A stretch of 59,515 nt of DNA from Nitrospinota bacterium. Its GTDB lineage: Bacteria > Nitrospinota_A > JADGAW01. A model generated the notes under the pieces. That model was not told the origin of the DNA. It saw only the letters and a program-made list of their open reading frames with translations, and ran no database searches. Below are positions 54,576 through 59,515 of this stretch, one piece after another. A program made the position numbers and the translations under genes. The first letter of the stretch is position 1. Every line of letters starts with the position of its first letter. Where the stretch lies: the NCBI GenBank assembly GCA_015231815.1, contig JADGAW010000001.1, positions 1 through 59,515 of the forward strand, in the 5' to 3' direction.

Positions 54576-57500
54576 TTATTTTCCCGATTCCGACTTACTG
54601 CTCTCTTTTATAATTGTTTCAAATGTGTTGAGAGATTTCTTTCCAAGCTCCTTTTCTGAAACTATCTTTGTGTTAATTTTATTAAGGTTTCCTTTAATTT
54701 CGTAGTATCTAACAATTCCAGCGAGCATTTTTCCCACCAATGGAATTTCTTCAAGAGTGGCAAAGGGATAGGCAGCAAGTCTAAAATCCAAGTTCTTTGG
54801 TTTAATTTTAAAGTTACCTGTTGCTGCAATTGATATATCAGAGCCTTTTATTAAGAGCTGTTTAACGTTGAGGTCATCATTGAATAAGACAGACTTCCCT
54901 CCGATACTATAAAATTCCCAACCGGGAGGGTTTTCTCCTGACGGAACTTTGCCTTCTTTATAGTTTATTTTTTTAAACCATTTTTTCAGGTCAACATCTC
55001 CATCTTTAAAACTAAAGGTAATTTCACCGGTAGCATTATCGTATAAATCTTTATAGTTAACTTTTGATGAGGTATAAAGTCTAATAAATGCTTTTCCATT
55101 GTTAAAGAAATCCAGATCCGGTACAAAGGCTTTAACGACTTTTAAATCTAAGTTAAGCACAGCAGCCTGCATTGAAATATCCTTTTCGCCAAAGGTGTTG
55201 TACATACCCTTTACTAGAACCTTTCCATCTTCGTATTGTGTAGAAATATTGTTGAGCCCTAAAATACCACTTTGAGCAACAAAGTTTGAGTTAAAGTTCG
55301 TAAATTCCAAATTGTTATATTTAAGTTTTCCGGCATTTAAAATAACCCCGTATTGGCTGACATCACAATACATACAATTAGGAGAAGTTTTTTCCGGAAC
55401 AAAGACCTTATTTTCGGGCTTTTTAATCTGGGAAATTTTCTTTTTATACCAATTCTTATAAACATTTATTCCAAAAATTTTGTCGAAATCAATCGCATCG
55501 GTGTTAAGAGTAATAGCCAGAGTATGTTCATTAAACCCTTTTCCCTTAATTTGAATAGCTGACTTGTTAAAGTGAACAACCTCGTTATTTGCTTTTCCAC
55601 GGAATGGAAAAAGTTCACAGTTTTCTCCTTTACAGCTAACCTCAACTACAGGTACCATGAAAAAATTGTCGCCATATTTAAATGTCAGTGAATTTATGAG
55701 TGAGTTTCCCGTTATTTGTAACTTGTTGCCAAAGTTTTTCAGATTAACAACTCCTTTAAATTTACCCTTTATGAGAAATTTATTGTCACTGGTGAAATCT
55801 AGAAGCTTAAGGAGGTTTTCAAACTTTGCCTCTGATGAAGAAATATTGATATCGAAAAAACCTTTATCAAAAAATTCACTGTTTACCAGAGTATAGGTAT
55901 CTTGGGCGAATTTTATTGTGCACTCATTAATTTTGAAATAAATTTTATCTGGATTGTTCGGGTAAAACCCTTTTAGGTCAATAATAAGCCTTTCATTTTT
56001 TGACTTATGAATATCCTTCCAAAACGTGAAGTCAGAAGGAGTAAAGTCATATTTCAAATCAATATAGGAATTTTCCTTTCTTTCCTTTAATTTAAAGAAA
56101 AACAATGCGTTTCCCGTTTGACTGGAAATATTAAAACGTTTTAATGATTTGGAAAAGAGCTTAAAGTCATCATCATACTTATCCATATTGATTGAAGCCT
56201 TACCTGAAATATCATAGAGTCCCTGACCTGTATTATCGAAGTGAACATAAGATGTATCAAAGGAATATTTATTACCATTGCACAAATAGTTGAGGTTCGT
56301 CATGATAATTTTCTTTGGTGTCAAATGAATGTTGCCGGTCATTTTTTTCCAAAGGTTACCGTTATCGCTGTCTAAAAGGGCAATATTATTAAAGGAAATA
56401 TTTAAGTTGATATTTTCTGGTCTATCAATATAACCCTTAACCGTTCCTTTGAGATTTGCTTTACCTGTAATGCCATAAAAGCCTTTCAAACCAAAGGTTG
56501 TGAAAAAGTTTTCACCGCTTATTTCCTCAAACCCCTTCTGAAAAGCACCACTATCCACTCCTCCATTTATTTCTACCCGAGCAAAGTCCTTACCTCTTAT
56601 TTTATTTAATGAACCTGAAACAAAAAGTTTGTTATTAAAACTATCTAAAAACTCCAGATTATTAAATGAGATACTTTTGTAGCTTTTAAGAGAATGGTCA
56701 AGAACAACGGATGTTTCTCCATTAACCAATAGTGCATTGTTTTTCCCCGTAATATCATCAACATAACTATTCTGAAACTTGTTAATAGTAACTTTTCCCG
56801 TCAAATATGAGCTTTTATCATTTTTATTCATGTCAAAAAGAACTTCCCCCTGCATTTTGTTACCTTCCTGCTTAATATTTTCCCAGTTATTTTTAACTCC
56901 AATGACTTCAGCAACGTCAAGTTTGCCCTTAAGTTTATTTACCTTAGCAGTAAAAAAGTCACCTTTTTTCGCCAAAGTTAAAGAGAGCTTATTAATAAAC
57001 GAATTCTTGTACTTCACGTTCACATCTGTTATTTTTCCTGCAATATTGATTGATTGGTTTTTCTGTACGAGGTGAATTTTTCCCTTAGCTCCTTTATAGT
57101 CAAATGGAGCTTCTAATCCTGTTATAAAAGCCTTTCCCTCCTTTAATTCAAACTGTGAATCCAGAGTATAAACCTTATTTCTAGTATCCGCAGTGAACTG
57201 AACAGGTATTTCAACCTTATTTTCAAAAACTATGGACTTATTGCTTTTAATATTTAGCTTTTTGAGAGCCGCCTCAAGCAGAACTAAGTCTAAATCACCA
57301 CTCCCTGTTTCCGTTTCAATATCAAACTTTGCTTTCTTGAGAGTCAAAGTGTTTTTCCCGTCAAGAATAACTCCTTCAGAAACATCTAAGTTCCTGCCAT
57401 CAAATGAAAAGTTCAGCATATCAACCATATAGTTTTCATTTTTGTCGATAGAAAGCATTGTGTTTTTTAACTCACCATCTACCCCTTTAAAATTAGTTTT

Positions 57501-58760
57501 TAACTGTTCAGCGATACTTTGAATATCAAGGTTGTATAGTTCTCCAAAGGGAATATTGGGTTTAGCGAAAAAGGACTTTAACTCCTTGACCCGTATTGTT
57601 CCGTCTTTCAGGTTTTTAAACTTTTTAGCTAAATCTGTTGAAAGTGTACTAACGGTTTTTCCCTTATTGAGATCATTAATTGCTATGTTTTCCGTTGCCA
57701 AAGTAAGGACAACCTTGTCCTGATAGCTAAAGTTTACTTCACCACCAAGCGTTAAAGGCAATTCTTCGAAAACCAATGAGCCCTTTTTTAAATATAATTT
57801 CTTCCCATCAATGACTCCAGCAAAGTTAGGAGAGCTTAACGTTTTGCCTTTATGGTTTATTAACTGAAAGTTTGCCTTGAAGGTTGATTGTCCTTTTCCT
57901 GCAGAGATGAATTTTCCTGAAATAATATTTGTTTTAAGATTTGATTTCTCGAAGGTAAAGAACTCCACGAGCTTCTTTAAGGGAAATTCATTAAATTTGA
58001 CAAAAAAAGATGAAAACCTGTTTTCAACAATTTTTTCAACGGTGCAGTTAGCAGGAAAATTACGGATAAAAATTTCCTGAAAGGTTGATGGTTTGATATT
58101 CTCTATTTTTTGGTTGAACTCAATATTATTTCGTACTTTATCAATATCAAAAATTTTTCCTGCAGCTGAAACATTTGCTGTCTTAAAGTATTCGGAAAGA
58201 GCCATCTCAAAGTTCTCAAGATAAAAAGGCAACTCACCACTTTTTTTCTCCGTAACCTTTACTGCTTTACCAGAAATATTTCTAATTGACAGGTCGTGAA
58301 TATCTGTGACAAAAGAAAAACCGTTAACCTCCAACAATTTTTTGTTTAAAGACTGAATTCCTTCCTGCAACAGTTTAAAAAACAATATTTGTTCATCAAG
58401 CTTAAGCTTAATGTTTGCATTACTTATTTTCACTTTATCAATTACGATGCTTTTTTTAAGCAAAGAGAGGGTGTCAAAAGAGAGGGTAATTCGTTCCAAG
58501 TCGAGTTTTTCTGATTTTGTTTCAAGACTAAAACCTTTAATTTCAAGTCCTAGTCCACTCCACGTTACCCATTTAATATCTTTTATATCAACCTTTACCC
58601 CAATGGATTTTTCTAAATTTTCCTTAACAACCGAAACATATCGATAAGGATTTACAAGGTGGTTTAAGGCAATTTTTGTGGAATAAACTGTTGCAGAAAA
58701 AAACAGGAAAACCCCACATAGAACAAGAATACGATAATAGTTTGCTTTGTCAGATTTCAT
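54576..58760 (-). CDS. Giant (1394 aa) AsmA/YhdP-like envelope protein
   Basis: A single N-terminal TM anchor, then about 1350 aa of N/K-rich, beta-strand-like sequence. The C-terminus 'EEIPLVGKMLAGIVRYYEIKGNLNKINTKIV' resembles AsmA_2/YhdP ends. This is a family-level call only. Confidence 0.65.
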   Translation of the reverse strand: MKSDKANYYRILVLCGVFLFFSATVYSTKIALNHLVNPYRYVSVVKENLEKSIGVKVDIKDIKWVTWSGLGLEIKGFSLETKSEKLDLERITLSFDTLSLLKKSIVIDKVKISNANIKLKLDEQILFFKLLQEGIQSLNKKLLEVNGFSFVTDIHDLSIRNISGKAVKVTEKKSGELPFYLENFEMALSEYFKTANVSAAGKIFDIDKVRNNIEFNQKIENIKPSTFQEIFIRNFPANCTVEKIVENRFSSFFVKFNEFPLKKLVEFFTFEKSNLKTNIISGKFISAGKGQSTFKANFQLINHKGKTLSSPNFAGVIDGKKLYLKKGSLVFEELPLTLGGEVNFSYQDKVVLTLATENIAINDLNKGKTVSTLSTDLAKKFKNLKDGTIRVKELKSFFAKPNIPFGELYNLDIQSIAEQLKTNFKGVDGELKNTMLSIDKNENYMVDMLNFSFDGRNLDVSEGVILDGKNTLTLKKAKFDIETETGSGDLDLVLLEAALKKLNIKSNKSIVFENKVEIPVQFTADTRNKVYTLDSQFELKEGKAFITGLEAPFDYKGAKGKIHLVQKNQSINIAGKITDVNVKYKNSFINKLSLTLAKKGDFFTAKVNKLKGKLDVAEVIGVKNNWENIKQEGNKMQGEVLFDMNKNDKSSYLTGKVTINKFQNSYVDDITGKNNALLVNGETSVVLDHSLKSYKSISFNNLEFLDSFNNKLFVSGSLNKIRGKDFARVEINGGVDSGAFQKGFEEISGENFFTTFGLKGFYGITGKANLKGTVKGYIDRPENINLNISFNNIALLDSDNGNLWKKMTGNIHLTPKKIIMTNLNYLCNGNKYSFDTSYVHFDNTGQGLYDISGKASINMDKYDDDFKLFSKSLKRFNISSQTGNALFFFKLKERKENSYIDLKYDFTPSDFTFWKDIHKSKNERLIIDLKGFYPNNPDKIYFKINECTIKFAQDTYTLVNSEFFDKGFFDINISSSEAKFENLLKLLDFTSDNKFLIKGKFKGVVNLKNFGNKLQITGNSLINSLTFKYGDNFFMVPVVEVSCKGENCELFPFRGKANNEVVHFNKSAIQIKGKGFNEHTLAITLNTDAIDFDKIFGINVYKNWYKKKISQIKKPENKVFVPEKTSPNCMYCDVSQYGVILNAGKLKYNNLEFTNFNSNFVAQSGILGLNNISTQYEDGKVLVKGMYNTFGEKDISMQAAVLNLDLKVVKAFVPDLDFFNNGKAFIRLYTSSKVNYKDLYDNATGEITFSFKDGDVDLKKWFKKINYKEGKVPSGENPPGWEFYSIGGKSVLFNDDLNVKQLLIKGSDISIAATGNFKIKPKNLDFRLAAYPFATLEEIPLVGKMLAGIVRYYEIKGNLNKINTKIVSEKELGKKSLNTFETIIKESSKSESGK

Positions 58761-58854
58761 TGAGACTTTATTCTTGAGAAAAATTTAGTACTATTTTAAG
58801 TTTTATTGGAACAATAAGGAAGGATTCTTTTAATCTAAGAGGATAATTAGGGCA

Positions 58855-59515
58855 TTATATTCCTGAACCTAAAATTTTTTCTGATTCCTCTATTACCTCT
58901 TGGGGATGAATACCTGTTAAACAGCGATAATCGGTTTTAATACAATCTGGTTTATTACAGGGGAGACAGTCCAGCTCAACTTTTCTTAAAATAACGCTGT
59001 TTTCACCCTTTTTAATGGATATTTCCGGAGAAGTTGGCCCCATAATAACAATTGAAGGGATATTAAAGGCAGCGGCATAATGTCTTGGACCAGTATCTCC
59101 ACTAATAATAAGGTCGAGGTTTTTAACAAAAGGTTTTAAAACAGCAAGAGAAATAAGTGGAGGGAACCTTATTTCATTATGCATTTTTTCTATTATTTCC
59201 TTAACAATATCTTCTTCTCCAGGGCCATAGATAAAGGTAGTATTGTATCCTGATTCAATGAGGGCATCAGCCGTTTGTGCAAAGTATCGTATTGGCCACC
59301 GACGAGAAGGTCCAAAGGAACTTCCCGGAATAATACCAACCTTTTTTCCACGGGGAGAATTCTCCATTAATTCAAGATATTTTTTTTCATCTTCCTCAGA
59401 AAAAACCAATACCAGAGGAGGGTTTTCCCTGTCACACTCAAACCCCATTTTTGCAAGAAATTCTCTGGTTAAATCACATAAGTAATCTCCAGTATAGCTG
59501 TACTCCTTTTTCCGG
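58855..59515 (-). CDS. Glycosyltransferase family 9 (LPS heptosyltransferase-like), 5'-partial; ORF runs off the window edge
   Basis: 'IIPGSSFGPSRRWP', 'ISGDTGPRHYAAAFNIPSIVIMGPT' are GT9 C-domain motifs. The frame upstream of the Met at 59448 stays open to 59515 ('RKKEYSYTGDYLCDLTREFLAK-MGF...'), so the true start is outside the window. Confidence 0.8.
   Translation of the reverse strand, partial: RKKEYSYTGDYLCDLTREFLAKMGFECDRENPPLVLVFSEEDEKKYLELMENSPRGKKVGIIPGSSFGPSRRWPIRYFAQTADALIESGYNTTFIYGPGEEDIVKEIIEKMHNEIRFPPLISLAVLKPFVKNLDLIISGDTGPRHYAAAFNIPSIVIMGPTSPEISIKKGENSVILRKVELDCLPCNKPDCIKTDYRCLTGIHPQEVIEESEKILGSGI

Overview
This is an AT-rich, densely packed chromosomal window from a diderm bacterium. 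Envelope genes are present (lptF/G-type permease, gmhA, a GT9 heptosyltransferase, an O-antigen-ligase-like protein, a giant AsmA/YhdP-like protein), and the organism appears motile and chemotactic (motAB, an MCP). About 50 genes are mostly housekeeping: purLQ, panB, a type IIA topoisomerase A subunit, uvrC, argS, hisB, glgP, miaA, bioD, lpd, metH, pth, grx, rfbC, xseB-ispA, folE and the rnc-fabF-acpP-fabG-fabD block. I found no rRNA, tRNA, CRISPR array, cas gene, transposase, integrase or phage gene. I also found no multi-gene cluster that looks like a new defence or mobile system, so the window reads as core genome. The features worth a second look are: (1) a 480-nt non-coding tract (20348-20827) with extreme strand-asymmetric composition and three kinds of internal repeat, whose short motifs recur in at least six other intergenic regions; (2) a 146-nt element at 22595-22740 bounded by a 16-bp inverted repeat with two near-perfect internal hairpins, upstream of both argS and mpg; (3) a 748-aa fusion of an ATP-grasp ligase to an FMN-dependent alpha-hydroxy-acid-dehydrogenase-like domain through a Cys-rich linker; (4) scattered partner-switching parts, namely a periplasmic CXXCH (DUF3365-type) sensor fused to a SpoIIE/PP2C phosphatase next to a STAS protein, a REC-RsbW-like kinase fusion, and a SpoIIAA-like protein, plus a second CXXCH sensor on an MCP; (5) a 1-nt frameshift splitting the gyrA/parC-like gene; (6) one intact and one decayed vapBC-type toxin-antitoxin locus. 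All functional calls rest on motif and family recognition from the supplied translations. No database search was run.
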